Positions 22,850-33,504 of a stretch of 64,000 bases of DNA are shown here, piece after piece. Origin of the DNA: an uncultured Lachnospiraceae bacterium (GTDB lineage Bacteria > Bacillota > Clostridia > Lachnospirales > Lachnospiraceae); contig CACYBK010000099.1 in assembly GCA_902772635.1 (NCBI GenBank), positions 4,905-68,904 of the forward strand, read 5' to 3'. A program made the position numbers and the translations under genes. Under the pieces are notes generated by a model, which had not been told where the DNA came from, made no database searches, and saw nothing but the letters and a program-made list of their open reading frames with translations. Position 1 is the first letter of the stretch. Each line of letters starts with the position of its first letter.

Positions 22850-24403
22850 ATGGATCTTTTACGAAAGATAAAAAGGCGCATATTCGGAACGAAGGAAGAA
22901 CCAAAGTTTTTTCAGGGAACCTATGACGAGTGGACAAAAAAGTATTTTCCCGTCATGAAAAAAAGAGTATCTGAAGCGCTTTCAAAAAAATCCGGCGGCA
23001 CAATGCTTGAGTTCATAAAGATAGAACCAAAGGAAAAAGAGTGGCTTAAAAAAGCAAATGATGGAGCTCACAACTCAAAGGCTGATTACCTCTCCTTTCA
23101 GGAGGATGACTTTTCAAAGGAAATCTTTTCCGCTGCAATAAGGACCGCAGCAAAAGAAGATCCCCGGGCACTGCTGATATACACAGACTCCGACAGGATC
23201 GGGGAAGACGGAAAGTATTATGATCCATCCTTAAAGCCCGATGAGTCGATATATTATCTTTGCTCCTTTGACTATGTTGGCAGGGCCTTTGCTGTAAAGA
23301 GATCCGCCTTCATTGAAGCGGGCGGACTTGATGAAGCTTTTTCCAACGACCCCGAGGCAGCGCTTCTCGACTTAAAGCTCAGGCTCATTGAAAAGGGCAG
23401 AGCATTTCACTTCCCCGGTGTTTACTACCACAGCACTTTTTCCGGTGACCGGACAGTGAGCTTTGAGGACGGAAGGAGAGCGGTATCGGCACATTTCAAA
23501 AGAATCGGCATAGATGCAGAGGTTGAATCGGGCGAAGCAAAGGGTACCTTTTTGATCCGCATCAAAAACAGTGATGAGCCTCTCATCTCAGTTATCATCC
23601 CCAACAAGGATCACACGGATGAACTCGACAAGTGTTTAAAAAGCATTGAAAAGTCAAACTATAAAAACCTTGAGATCATCATAGTGGAAAACAACAGCGA
23701 GCTTTCAGAAACTTTTTCCTACTATGAGAAGCTTTCAAAGGAAAACGCATTTGTCAGAGTGCTTCGATACGAGGGGGACTTTAATTATTCAAGGATCAAC
23801 AATTTCGGTGTTTCAAAGGCAAAGGGCGAGTTTCTTTTGCTTTTGAACAATGATACAGAGATGATCGATCCGGACAGCATAAAAAATATGCTTGCAGTAG
23901 CTCATCTTCCAAATGTCGGAGCTGTGGGCGCAAGGCTTTATTACGAGGATGGAACGATCCAGCATGCAGGTGTCACCCTCGGAGTAGGCGGAATAGCAGC
24001 AAATGCTTTCTCGGGAGCCAAAAAAGATGATCCCGGATACATGAACAGGATATGCGTTGGGCAGGAGCTTTCAGCCGTTACAGCTGCATGCCTTCTCATG
24101 AAAAGGTCTGATTTTGAAGAGATTTCCGGCTTTACGGAGGAACTTGCGGTCGCTTTCAATGATGTTGACCTTTGCATGAAACTGAGGAAAGAGGAAAAGC
24201 TCATTATCTATTATCCATTTGCCACCTTCTTTCACTATGAGTCAAAGTCGAGAGGGGTCGAGGATACTCCCCAAAAGGTGAAGCGCTTCAACAGCGAGAT
24301 AGATTTTTTTAAGGCGCGCTGGGAAAAGGAACTTTTGAAGGGGGATCCTTATTACAATCAATATCTCAATCTGAATATCAATGATTATTCGCTCATGCCC
24401 TGA
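22850..24403 (+). CDS. Family 2 glycosyltransferase; the N-terminal half looks degenerate
   Basis: The C-terminal GT2 domain reads ISVIIPNKDH...LEIIIVENNS...LLLLNNDTE...QHAGV. The N-terminal half keeps only a YTDSDRI-type motif. Confidence 0.8.
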   Translation: MDLLRKIKRRIFGTKEEPKFFQGTYDEWTKKYFPVMKKRVSEALSKKSGGTMLEFIKIEPKEKEWLKKANDGAHNSKADYLSFQEDDFSKEIFSAAIRTAAKEDPRALLIYTDSDRIGEDGKYYDPSLKPDESIYYLCSFDYVGRAFAVKRSAFIEAGGLDEAFSNDPEAALLDLKLRLIEKGRAFHFPGVYYHSTFSGDRTVSFEDGRRAVSAHFKRIGIDAEVESGEAKGTFLIRIKNSDEPLISVIIPNKDHTDELDKCLKSIEKSNYKNLEIIIVENNSELSETFSYYEKLSKENAFVRVLRYEGDFNYSRINNFGVSKAKGEFLLLLNNDTEMIDPDSIKNMLAVAHLPNVGAVGARLYYEDGTIQHAGVTLGVGGIAANAFSGAKKDDPGYMNRICVGQELSAVTAACLLMKRSDFEEISGFTEELAVAFNDVDLCMKLRKEEKLIIYYPFATFFHYESKSRGVEDTPQKVKRFNSEIDFFKARWEKELLKGDPYYNQYLNLNINDYSLMP

Positions 24404-24420
24404 AGCAAAGGAAATGATTT

Positions 24421-26232
24421 ATGTCTGATTTTTCGGCAAAAGTAAAGAGGCGTCTTGAAAAGGTCAGGCGCTATGGTTTTGTTCCTGTGGTGAAGCAGTA
24501 TCTTCACAGAAAGCTCTACGGAAGGTTTCTTGAGTACAGGAGATACATGAAGGAGGTAGAGCCTCTTCTCTGGGACGAGAGAGAGAAGGAGGGATCAATT
24601 CTCTTTTCCGTCTGCGTACCTGTATACAATTGCAGAATAAATGAATTAAGAGAGTGCATAAATTCCGTCCTTTCTCAAGATTATCGAAGCTTTGAGCTGA
24701 TACTGTCGGATGACTGCTCGACTGATCCTGCCGTTAATAAAGCGCTTCTTAGCTACAAAGATGACAAAAGGGTGAAGCTCGTCTTCAGAGAGAAAAACGG
24801 CGGGATATCAAAGGCCACAAATGATGCGATAAAAAATGCAAAAGGCGACTTCGTCTGCTTCATGGACTGTGATGATGTGCTGTCACCTCATGCTCTCATG
24901 GAGTTTTTTGCTTTTCTTTCGGATCATCCCGATACCGATATCCTCTATTCAGATGAGGACAAGCTTTCAGAGGATTCAAAAAGGCGCTATGAGCCTTTCT
25001 TCAAGCCCGACTGGTCGCCTGACACCTTTATGTCTCTCATGTATACAAACCACTTTTCAGCGGTAAGAAGGAGTCTTTTAAATGAGGCCGAAGGTCTTCG
25101 GAGTGAATTTGACGGAGCGCAGGATTATGATCTTTTCATGCGGCTTACTGAAATGACAGGAAACGATCGGATAGGACATATTCCGAAGGTGCTCTATCAC
25201 TGGAGAGCTACAAGCGGCTCAACCGCAAAGGATCCAAATGCGAAGCAGTATGTCTTTGAACGCGCAAAAAAATTGAAGGAGGAGGCGCTTAAAAGGCGCG
25301 GTATAAAAGGGAAGGCTTATTTTTCTCCCGAGACCTACCAGGTCAGGGTGGTATATGAGGTTCCAAAGGAAGCCTTTCTTTCGATCATCATACCTTCAAA
25401 AAACAATTACAAGGTGCTCAGAAGCTGCATAGAGTCTATCCAAAAAGAGGAACTCAAAAATTATGAGATCATTATAGTGGATAACGGGAGCGATGATGAG
25501 GTAAGACATGAGATTGAAGCCTTTTCAAAGAAGTATGATATAAGATATATTTTCGACCGCTATGACTTCAATTTCTCAAAGATGTGTAATATAGGCGCTA
25601 AAGCGGCAAAGGGCGATATATTATTATTTTTAAATGATGATACAAGCATCCTTCAAAAGGGGACGCTTCAAAGGATGATGGGGCAGGCTCTTTTACCGCA
25701 TACCGGAGCTGTCGGGGCAAAGCTTCTCTATCCTGATGCAAAGAGGATCCAGCACAGCGGGATCATAAACCTTCCGATAGGACCCTCCCACGCCCTTATC
25801 GGGCAGAGCGATGAGGTGCATCATTATTTTGACAGGAACAGGGTGGATTACAATTTCCTGGCGGTCACGGGTGCCTGCATGATGGTTTCGAAAGAGAAAT
25901 TTGAAACTGCAGGAGGCTTTGATGAGGAACTCCCCATAGCCTATAATGATGTCGACCTTTGCTTTTCACTTTTTGAGAAGGGCTATTATAATGTTCTTCG
26001 CACGGATGCCGTCTTCCTTCACTATGAGTCGCTTTCGCGAGGGACGGATGAGGCACCGGAGAAAGAGGCACGCAGAGAAAAGGAACTCGAAAAACTCTAT
26101 GAAAAGCATCCGTCATTTCGGGAAAAGGATCCGTTTTACAATCCAAATCTCATCAAAAACGGAGTTAATTTTCAGATTGGGCTTCCCGATGACGGACTGA
26201 CTGAGAAAAAAGCAATGAGAGGGAACAGTTAA
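24421..26232 (+). CDS. Two-domain family 2 glycosyltransferase
   Basis: Two GT2 modules: FSVCVPVYNC...ILSDDCS...FMDCDD...YSDEDK, and LSIIIPSKNN...IIIVDNGS...LFLNDDT. Confidence 0.85.
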   Translation: MSDFSAKVKRRLEKVRRYGFVPVVKQYLHRKLYGRFLEYRRYMKEVEPLLWDEREKEGSILFSVCVPVYNCRINELRECINSVLSQDYRSFELILSDDCSTDPAVNKALLSYKDDKRVKLVFREKNGGISKATNDAIKNAKGDFVCFMDCDDVLSPHALMEFFAFLSDHPDTDILYSDEDKLSEDSKRRYEPFFKPDWSPDTFMSLMYTNHFSAVRRSLLNEAEGLRSEFDGAQDYDLFMRLTEMTGNDRIGHIPKVLYHWRATSGSTAKDPNAKQYVFERAKKLKEEALKRRGIKGKAYFSPETYQVRVVYEVPKEAFLSIIIPSKNNYKVLRSCIESIQKEELKNYEIIIVDNGSDDEVRHEIEAFSKKYDIRYIFDRYDFNFSKMCNIGAKAAKGDILLFLNDDTSILQKGTLQRMMGQALLPHTGAVGAKLLYPDAKRIQHSGIINLPIGPSHALIGQSDEVHHYFDRNRVDYNFLAVTGACMMVSKEKFETAGGFDEELPIAYNDVDLCFSLFEKGYYNVLRTDAVFLHYESLSRGTDEAPEKEARREKELEKLYEKHPSFREKDPFYNPNLIKNGVNFQIGLPDDGLTEKKAMRGNS

Positions 26233-26235
26233 AAA

Positions 26236-27267
26236 ATGGGTGTAGAAAAAATTACGATCAGAGAGATGACAGAGGCCATAGAGGATGAATATCTTTCGCC
26301 CTATGCAGCCCATTCAAAGGATTCAAAGGGCAGGGCGCGCACAGAGCCCCAGTGCGATATCAGACCTGTCTTCCAGAGGGACAGGGACAGGATACTTCAT
26401 TCAAAGGCTTTCAGGAGGCTCAAGAACAAGACTCAGGTCTTTCTCTCACCCAAAGGAGATCATTACAGGACCCGGCTTTCCCACACCCTTGAGGTATCTC
26501 AGAATGCAAGGACTATCGCAAAGGCTCTCCGCTTAAATGAAGATCTTACAGAGGCAATAGCTCTCGGGCATGATCTTGGCCATACTCCCTTCGGACATTG
26601 CGGGGAGGGAGTCCTGGATGAACTCTGCAGAGGAGGCTTTGTCCATTCAGAGCAATCAGTCAGGATAGTTGAAAAGCTTGAGAAGGACGGAGAAGGCTTG
26701 AACCTTACCTACGAAGTCATAGACGGGATCAGAAACCATCAGACCGAAGGTAACCCATCCACTCTCGAAGGCCAGGTGGTGAGGCTTGCCGACAAGATAG
26801 CTTATGTGAACGCAGATGTGGATGATGCTATAAGGGCTCATATTATTTCAGAGGAGGACATCCCCGAGGATATAAGGGAGGTTCTCGGAACGACTGTGAA
26901 AAAGCGACTGAATACACTGATCCATGATGTGATCACTGAAAGTGCTGATTCTCCCGTGATCAAAATGTCAAAGGAACGCATGGATGCAATGCTTCATCTT
27001 CGGGAATTTCTTTTTTCAAGTGTCTACAGGAATCCCGCCGCAAAGAGTGAGGAAGTAAAGGCAAAGCGGATGATAGAGGAACTCTTTCTTTATTTCATGG
27101 GACATTATGATGCTGTGCCGCAGAAGTTTCGTTTGATAGGTGAAGCATTAAATGAGCGGAAGGACAGGATCGTATGCGATTATATATCAGGGATGACTGA
27201 CGATTTCGCGACGCAGAAGTTTACGGAGTATTTCATCCCTCAGTCATGGAAGGCAGAGCTCGACTGA
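26236..27267 (+). CDS. dgt: dGTP triphosphohydrolase-like HD phosphohydrolase
   Basis: FQRDRDRILHSKAFRRLKNKTQVF...THTLEVSQNARTIA...GHDLGHTPFGH matches the dGTPase family. Confidence 0.85.
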   Translation: MGVEKITIREMTEAIEDEYLSPYAAHSKDSKGRARTEPQCDIRPVFQRDRDRILHSKAFRRLKNKTQVFLSPKGDHYRTRLSHTLEVSQNARTIAKALRLNEDLTEAIALGHDLGHTPFGHCGEGVLDELCRGGFVHSEQSVRIVEKLEKDGEGLNLTYEVIDGIRNHQTEGNPSTLEGQVVRLADKIAYVNADVDDAIRAHIISEEDIPEDIREVLGTTVKKRLNTLIHDVITESADSPVIKMSKERMDAMLHLREFLFSSVYRNPAAKSEEVKAKRMIEELFLYFMGHYDAVPQKFRLIGEALNERKDRIVCDYISGMTDDFATQKFTEYFIPQSWKAELD

Positions 27268-29093
27268 TGGCATTGATCCCTGATGAGACAATCGAAAGCG
27301 TCCGTGAGAATAATCCCATAGAGGATGTGATAGGGAGCTATATTCATCTCCAGAAGAAGGGCAGCACACTGATGGGGCTGTGTCCCTTTCACAATGAGAA
27401 GACGCCCTCCTTTTCAGTGAGCCCGTCAAGGCAGATGTTTTACTGCTTTGGCTGTCATGCCAGCGGAAATGTATTCACTTTTCTCATGAAATATGAGAAT
27501 ATGACATTTCCGGAGTCTGTCAGGGTGCTTGCCGAGAGGGCCGGGATCATTATTCCTGAAGGCGAGGAATCCGAGGAGGAGAGAAGGAAGAGATCGACAA
27601 GGGAGCAGCTTCTGCGTATAGACAAGGAAGCGGCAATTTATTTTTATCATGCGCTTCGGTCAGATGAAGGCAAGGATGCTTATTCATATTTTGCTGACCG
27701 AGGACTTTCCGATGAGACCATGAAGAACTTTGGCCTCGGCTACAGCAGGAAATACAGGGACGATCTCTACAAATATCTGAAGGGAAAGGGCTTTTCTGAT
27801 GAGCTTTTGATAAAGAGCGGGATCATTTCCTTCAAGGAGGAAACGGGTATTCACGATCTTTTCTGGAACCGGGCGATGTTCCCCATTCAGGACCTGAACG
27901 GAAAGGTGATAGGCTTTGGCGGAAGAGTGATGGGGGACGGAAAGCCGAAATATGTGAATTCCCCCGAAAGTGAGATCTTTCTTAAAAGCCGGAATATGTA
28001 CGGCCTTTTTATTGCAAGGAGGACAAAACGGGATTATTTCATTCTCTGCGAGGGCTATATGGATGTTATAGCGCTCCACCAGGCAGGCTTTGATAATGCG
28101 ATCGCTTCCCTTGGCACAGCTCTCACAGAAGGGCATTGCAGCCTGATGAAGAGATTTGGCAAGAAGGTCTATATCAGCTATGATTCCGATGAGGCAGGGT
28201 CAAATGCGGCAGTTCGGGCAGTTCCGATGATCAGGGCATTTAATATTGACTGCTTTGTAATAAACCTCTCACCCTACAAGGATCCTGATGAATTCATCAA
28301 GGCTCTTTCGGCAGAGGAATTTGAAAAGCGTATAGAGGAGGCTGAGAATGGCTTTCTCTTTACTGTGCGGAAGGCTTCGGAAAGATATGATCTGCGTGAT
28401 CCCGGGGAGAAGACGCGCTTCTTCTCAGAGGCCGCAAGGATGCTGCTTACGCTTTCAGCCGGAGTTGAAAGGGGAGCTTATCTTTCAGCTGTGGCAGAAA
28501 AATACAATGTTTCGGAGAGAGATCTCAAGAACCTGCTTATAAAGGAGTCAGAGGTGCTTTCAAGGAAACCGGTGAGAAAGATCATTTCGCCTGACACCGA
28601 AAACATTATTTCTTTAAACGAAGATAATAGTTCCAAAACAGGATCCGGACTTCAAAAAGAGCGGATATCAAAGGGGATGGCAGAGACATACAGGATGTTC
28701 CTTCATTATCTCTGCTCTGTTCCCGGAATGCTTGAAAGGTCATCTTTGTACATAGCAGAGGAGGATCTTCCCGGTGTCTACAGGGATATTTATGTAGTTC
28801 TTAAAAATGAAATTCTGGCGGGAAGAGAGATAAATCCCGCCCGCCTGATCAGCCTCTTTCCTGATGAAAAGGGGCAGCAGGAGGTTGGAAGGATATTTTC
28901 TTTTACAGATGAGGATTATGACAGCAGTGAAGCGAGGGGGAAAGCCTTTAAAGAGGCACTCCTTCGCATAAAAAAGGAAAGGATGGCCTTGCTTTCCGGG
29001 GACGGCGGTGACTCCGCAGAAAATGTTTACAACGCCCTTATGGATGAAAGAAGGAAGCTTTCCGACATACAGAGAACGGAGTTTGTCATTTAA
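27267..29093 (+). CDS. dnaG: DNA primase
   Basis: Zinc ribbon [15 protein letters not shown]...[10 protein letters not shown] and [18 protein letters not shown] 27267 overlaps the dgt stop by 1 nt. Confidence 0.95.
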   Translation: MALIPDETIESVRENNPIEDVIGSYIHLQKKGSTLMGLCPFHNEKTPSFSVSPSRQMFYCFGCHASGNVFTFLMKYENMTFPESVRVLAERAGIIIPEGEESEEERRKRSTREQLLRIDKEAAIYFYHALRSDEGKDAYSYFADRGLSDETMKNFGLGYSRKYRDDLYKYLKGKGFSDELLIKSGIISFKEETGIHDLFWNRAMFPIQDLNGKVIGFGGRVMGDGKPKYVNSPESEIFLKSRNMYGLFIARRTKRDYFILCEGYMDVIALHQAGFDNAIASLGTALTEGHCSLMKRFGKKVYISYDSDEAGSNAAVRAVPMIRAFNIDCFVINLSPYKDPDEFIKALSAEEFEKRIEEAENGFLFTVRKASERYDLRDPGEKTRFFSEAARMLLTLSAGVERGAYLSAVAEKYNVSERDLKNLLIKESEVLSRKPVRKIISPDTENIISLNEDNSSKTGSGLQKERISKGMAETYRMFLHYLCSVPGMLERSSLYIAEEDLPGVYRDIYVVLKNEILAGREINPARLISLFPDEKGQQEVGRIFSFTDEDYDSSEARGKAFKEALLRIKKERMALLSGDGGDSAENVYNALMDERRKLSDIQRTEFVI

Positions 29094-29106
29094 AAGAGGT
29101 GAGAGA

Positions 29107-30489
29107 ATGGCTGCAAAAAAAGAAGCAAAGCTTGATGAGGAGAAGGAAGTAAAGAAGGATACTGCGAAAAAGGCTCCCGCGAAGAAGACCCCCGAAAAGA
29201 AGTCAACGAAGACTGCTTCGAAGAAGGAAAAAATTACTTCTGAAGAAACGGCAAAGAAAGCCCCCGCAGAGAAAGAAAAGAAGGCTCCTTCAAAAAAGGC
29301 ACCCGTGAAGAAGGAAGTAAGTGAGAAGACTTCTGAAAAGAAAACTGAGAAAAAGGGTGAGTCCTCAGAAGAGGTCGGCGATGAGAAGATCGTTCATTTC
29401 GAGAAGAAGCTTTCAGACCTTCTTTCCCTTGCGCACAAGAGGAACAACGTTCTTGAATATCAGGAGGTAGTGGACTTCTTCGCCGATACAAAGCTGAATC
29501 CGGAGATGTTCACAAAGATCGTGACCTTCCTTGAGAGGTCAAAGATCGATGTGCTTCGGACCGATGATGATATTGATGACGACATCATCATGGCGGAGTC
29601 CGATGATGACATAGAGCCGGAGAAGATAGACCTTTCAGTTCCCGAGAATGTATCCGTCGAGGATCCTGTAAGGATGTACCTGAAAGAAATAGGAAAGGTG
29701 CCCCTCCTGACCGCGGATGAGGAGGTCGAACTCGCTCAGAAGATGGAAGCCGGCGGACCCGAGGGAGAAAGAGCGAAGCAGAAGCTCTGCGAAGCAAACC
29801 TTCGTCTCGTGGTCTCCATCGCAAAGCGTTATGTGGGACGCGGAATGCTCTTCCTCGATCTCATCCAGGAAGGAAATCTCGGTCTCATCAAGGCTGTTGA
29901 AAAATTCGATTATACGAAGGGCTACAAGTTCTCGACCTACGCCACCTGGTGGATACGTCAGGCAATAACCCGCGCCATAGCTGACCAGGCACGTACCATC
30001 AGGATACCTGTCCATATGGTGGAGACCATCAACAAATTTATAAGGGTATCCCGTCAGCTCCTTCAGGAGCTTGGGAGAGAGCCTACCCCCGATGAGATAG
30101 CGGAAAAGATGGAGCTTCCTGTTGAAAGAGTAAGAGAGATAATAAAGATCTCCCAGGAGCCCGTCTCCCTTGAAACTCCGATAGGTGAGGAAGAGGATTC
30201 ACATCTTGGTGATTTCATCCAGGATGAGAATGTTCCCGTACCTGCGGACGCAGCTACCTTTACGCTTTTGAAGGAGCAGCTCTCAGAGGTGCTTTCAACA
30301 CTTACCGAAAGAGAACAGAAGGTTCTCATCCTTCGTTTCGGACTTGAGGACGGAAGGAGCCGCACCCTGGAGGAGGTCGGGAAGGAATTCAATGTCACAA
30401 GAGAAAGAATAAGGCAGATCGAGGCAAAGGCTCTCCGGAAGCTCCGTCACCCGTCAAGGAGCAGGAAGCTTAAGGATTATCTTGAATGA
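29107..30489 (+). CDS. rpoD: Primary sigma factor RpoD/SigA with a Lys-rich N-terminal extension of about 115 aa
   Basis: Regions 1.2 to 4.2 are present ([55 protein letters not shown]). The N-terminus is KKAP/EKK low complexity. Confidence 0.95.
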   Translation: MAAKKEAKLDEEKEVKKDTAKKAPAKKTPEKKSTKTASKKEKITSEETAKKAPAEKEKKAPSKKAPVKKEVSEKTSEKKTEKKGESSEEVGDEKIVHFEKKLSDLLSLAHKRNNVLEYQEVVDFFADTKLNPEMFTKIVTFLERSKIDVLRTDDDIDDDIIMAESDDDIEPEKIDLSVPENVSVEDPVRMYLKEIGKVPLLTADEEVELAQKMEAGGPEGERAKQKLCEANLRLVVSIAKRYVGRGMLFLDLIQEGNLGLIKAVEKFDYTKGYKFSTYATWWIRQAITRAIADQARTIRIPVHMVETINKFIRVSRQLLQELGREPTPDEIAEKMELPVERVREIIKISQEPVSLETPIGEEEDSHLGDFIQDENVPVPADAATFTLLKEQLSEVLSTLTEREQKVLILRFGLEDGRSRTLEEVGKEFNVTRERIRQIEAKALRKLRHPSRSRKLKDYLE

Positions 30490-30971
30490 GGCTTTCAAAA
30501 AGGCTGAAAGAGATATGCGATATGGTGCCATCCTGTGATACACTTACAGATATCGGCACGGATCACGCGTTCGTTCCGATCACGGCTGTTTCCCGGGGGA
30601 AGGCAAAAAGGGGACGGGCCTGCGATATCGAAAAAGGACCGCTTGAAAGGGCAAAAGCAAATGTCAAAAAGGAAGGACTGGCTGGAAGGATAGAATGCCT
30701 GCTCTCAGACGGTCTTTCCTCAGTAGATGTTTCATGTGATGATGTCATTGTGATCACAGGCATGGGCGGAGAGAATATCAGGGACATAATAGATGCTTCT
30801 CTTCAAAAGGCAGAAAATGCAAAGGCTCTTGTTCTTGGTCCGCAAAGGCACCCTGAAAGACTTCTTTCTTTTCTTCTTGAAAATGGCTTTGAAATTGATG
30901 AGGAGAGGGAACTCATTGACAGAGAGAAGAATTATATTCTGATAAGGACTCATTTTGGAGGTCTCAAATGA
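30486..30971 (+). CDS. trmK: tRNA (adenine22-N1)-methyltransferase TrmK-like, short form
   Basis: [27 protein letters not shown]...ITGMGGENI. It occupies the conserved position after rpoD. Confidence 0.75.
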   Translation: MRLSKRLKEICDMVPSCDTLTDIGTDHAFVPITAVSRGKAKRGRACDIEKGPLERAKANVKKEGLAGRIECLLSDGLSSVDVSCDDVIVITGMGGENIRDIIDASLQKAENAKALVLGPQRHPERLLSFLLENGFEIDEERELIDREKNYILIRTHFGGLK

Positions 30972-31744
30972 AGGTAGCCGAAATAGTAAAGCTTCTTGAG
31001 AACGAATGCCCGAAGTCTCTTGCCGAGGACTGGGACAATACGGGGCTTTTGGTCGGAGATTCCGGCGCTGAAGTAAAAAAGGTCTATATAGCGCTTGATG
31101 CCACAAGCGCAGTGATCGAAGACGCCATAAAGCATGAGGCCGATATGCTGATCACCCATCACCCGCTCATTTTCAAAAGTGTGAAGGATGTCACCGACAG
31201 CAACTTTGTGGGGCGGCGCGTGATGACCCTGATCAAAAACAATATCGCGTTTTTCTGCATGCATACAAATTTTGATGCAGCTCTCATGAGTGAGATAGTA
31301 AGAAAAAAACTGTCTCTCCCGGAAGGGATCATCCTTCTTCCATCAAAGGAGGATAATGAGAAGGGCATCGGGATGACCTGTCATCTTCCTGATGAGATGA
31401 CGCTCGAGGGCTTTTCGCTGAAGGTAAAGGATGCGCTTTCACTTGGAACTGTCAGGGTTTTCGGTGATCTTTCAATGAAGGTTCGGATCGTATCCTTCCT
31501 TCCGGGCTCCGGAAAGAGTGATATAGACACAGCAATAGCCCAGGGGGCGGATGTATATATAACAGGTGACATCGATCATCACAGCGGGCTTGATGCGGTG
31601 GAAAAGGGCATAGGGGTGATAGATGCCGGGCATTATGGAATGGAGCGCTTTTTTATCGAATATGTATCTCTCTTCCTGAAGGGAAATACGGGTTCGCTTG
31701 AAATTGTCGCAGCTCCTGATAAGCTGCCTTATCACGAGCTCTGA
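30968..31744 (+). CDS. Nif3-like dinuclear metal centre protein (YqfO family)
   Basis: EDWDNTGLLVGD...ITHHPLIF...MHTNFD...GDIDHHS motifs. Confidence 0.9.
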   Translation: MKVAEIVKLLENECPKSLAEDWDNTGLLVGDSGAEVKKVYIALDATSAVIEDAIKHEADMLITHHPLIFKSVKDVTDSNFVGRRVMTLIKNNIAFFCMHTNFDAALMSEIVRKKLSLPEGIILLPSKEDNEKGIGMTCHLPDEMTLEGFSLKVKDALSLGTVRVFGDLSMKVRIVSFLPGSGKSDIDTAIAQGADVYITGDIDHHSGLDAVEKGIGVIDAGHYGMERFFIEYVSLFLKGNTGSLEIVAAPDKLPYHEL

Positions 31745-31765
31745 GGAATAAGGGGGGATCATACT

Positions 31766-33472
31766 ATGGCAGGAAACGAGATGCTGAACCTGAAGATAGA
31801 TGGCAGGGAAGTACAGGCAGAGAAGGGGACTCTGCTTTCTGACCTTGCGGACAGGTACGGGGACAAGGAGAATGATATCCTTATAGCCATCGTGGGAAAC
31901 AGACTGACAGAACTTTTTGAGCCGGTGACAGATGACTGTGAGATCCGCTTCCTTACAGGACGTGACAAGGACGGCATGCTTGCCTATAGAAGGAGTCTTA
32001 TATTTCTCATGCAAAAGGCTCTTGACGACCTTGTAAAAAAGGGGGAATTTGGAGCAGACAAGAATAATAAAGGAGAGGATCTTTCAAAGATACCTGACAT
32101 ATTTGTCATGTTCTCTCTTGGAAATGGCTATTTTTGTATGTCAGACGGGGATTTTGAGATAACGGAGGATTTTCTTTCGAAGCTTTCGGATGAGATGCAT
32201 CTGATAGTCGAAGAGGACTTAAAGATTGAGAAGAAACCTGTTCCGACAAGAATTGCACGGGCGATCTTCAAGGATCACGGAATGATCTCAAAGGAGTCGC
32301 TTCTTAATTATCGAAACAGCTCGATCACGAATATTTATGAGCTTTCAGATACGAAGGATTATTTTTACGGCTATATGGTGCCTCGTACCGGATTGCTCAA
32401 ATATTTCCGTCTTGAAAAATACAAAGACGGCTTTGTGCTCCTTTATCCGAAAAAGGAACCGGACATTGTTCCCGGGTTTTCACCCTATGAAAAGCTCTAT
32501 ACCGTGCTTCGGCAGTCGGCAGACTGGAGCAGCCTCCTAAAGATCAGGACTGTGGGCGCCTTAAATGATGCGATAGTTGCAGGAAGGACACAGGAGATCA
32601 TTGCCATGCAGGAAGCCCTGATGGAGGAGAAGATCGGTTCTTTGGCCCGCGACATAGCAAAGGAGAAGGACAGGCGCTTTGTGATGATAGCCGGACCTTC
32701 CTCCTCCGGGAAGACCACATTCTCCCACAGGCTTTCAGTACAGCTTCGGGCACTGGGGCTTACACCTCATCCCTTCCCTCTCGATGATTATTATAATGAC
32801 CACGACATCATGCCGGTGGATGAATTTGGAGAGATTGATTTTGAAGCTCTTGAGTGCCTTGACGTGGAGCTTTTCAATTTCGATATGTCACTCCTTTTGA
32901 GAGGAGATGAAGTCAAACTTCCGACCTTCAATTTCAAAACGGGAAGAAGGGAGTACAAGGGGCGCACAATGAAACTCGGGAAGGGTGACGTGCTTGTGAT
33001 AGAGGGTATACACGGTCTTAATGACAAGCTTTCATATTCGCTTCCCCGGGAGTCAAAGTACAGGATATATATTTCAGCCCTTACTCAGCTTGCGATAGAT
33101 GAGCACAATCCCCTTTCAACCGCGGATGGGCGCTTGATACGCCGCATAGTCCGTGACGCGCGTACCCGCGGGACATGCGCAAAGGATACTATTGCGATGT
33201 GGGATTCGGTCCGAAGGGGAGAGGAAAAGAATATCTTTCCCTTCCAGGACAGCGCGGATGCATTTTTCAATTCAGCGCTGATCTATGAAATGGCAGTCAT
33301 GAGGATATATGCCATGCCTACGCTCTTCTCGGTACCAAGGGACTGTGAGGAGTATATGGAGGCAAAGCGCTTGAAGAAGCTTCTTGATTATTTCCTTCCC
33401 CTTCCTACGGAGGATATCCCGAGGAATTCCCTTATAAGGGAGTTTATCGGCGGCTCAAGTTTTTCAGTATAA
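31766..33472 (+). CDS. Uridine kinase/phosphoribulokinase-family nucleoside kinase with an N-terminal TGS-like extension
   Basis: P-loop GPSSSGKTTFSHRL in the C-terminal half. The 568-aa architecture is common in Clostridia. Confidence 0.7.
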   Translation: MAGNEMLNLKIDGREVQAEKGTLLSDLADRYGDKENDILIAIVGNRLTELFEPVTDDCEIRFLTGRDKDGMLAYRRSLIFLMQKALDDLVKKGEFGADKNNKGEDLSKIPDIFVMFSLGNGYFCMSDGDFEITEDFLSKLSDEMHLIVEEDLKIEKKPVPTRIARAIFKDHGMISKESLLNYRNSSITNIYELSDTKDYFYGYMVPRTGLLKYFRLEKYKDGFVLLYPKKEPDIVPGFSPYEKLYTVLRQSADWSSLLKIRTVGALNDAIVAGRTQEIIAMQEALMEEKIGSLARDIAKEKDRRFVMIAGPSSSGKTTFSHRLSVQLRALGLTPHPFPLDDYYNDHDIMPVDEFGEIDFEALECLDVELFNFDMSLLLRGDEVKLPTFNFKTGRREYKGRTMKLGKGDVLVIEGIHGLNDKLSYSLPRESKYRIYISALTQLAIDEHNPLSTADGRLIRRIVRDARTRGTCAKDTIAMWDSVRRGEEKNIFPFQDSADAFFNSALIYEMAVMRIYAMPTLFSVPRDCEEYMEAKRLKKLLDYFLPLPTEDIPRNSLIREFIGGSSFSV

Positions 33473-33475
33473 AAA

Positions 33476-33502
33476 GGACCGGGCATTTTCGCCCGGCCTT
33501 TT
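33476..33502. terminator. Bidirectional Rho-independent terminator between convergent genes
   Basis: AAAAA-GGACCGGGC-ATTTTC-GCCCGGCC-TTTTCTT. Confidence 0.7.
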
Positions 33503-33504
33503 CT

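Noticed and set aside
26236-27267. dGTPase as an anti-phage defence gene
   Set aside because: It overlaps dnaG by 1 nt in the conserved dgt-dnaG-rpoD housekeeping arrangement. Nothing suggests a defence-island context.
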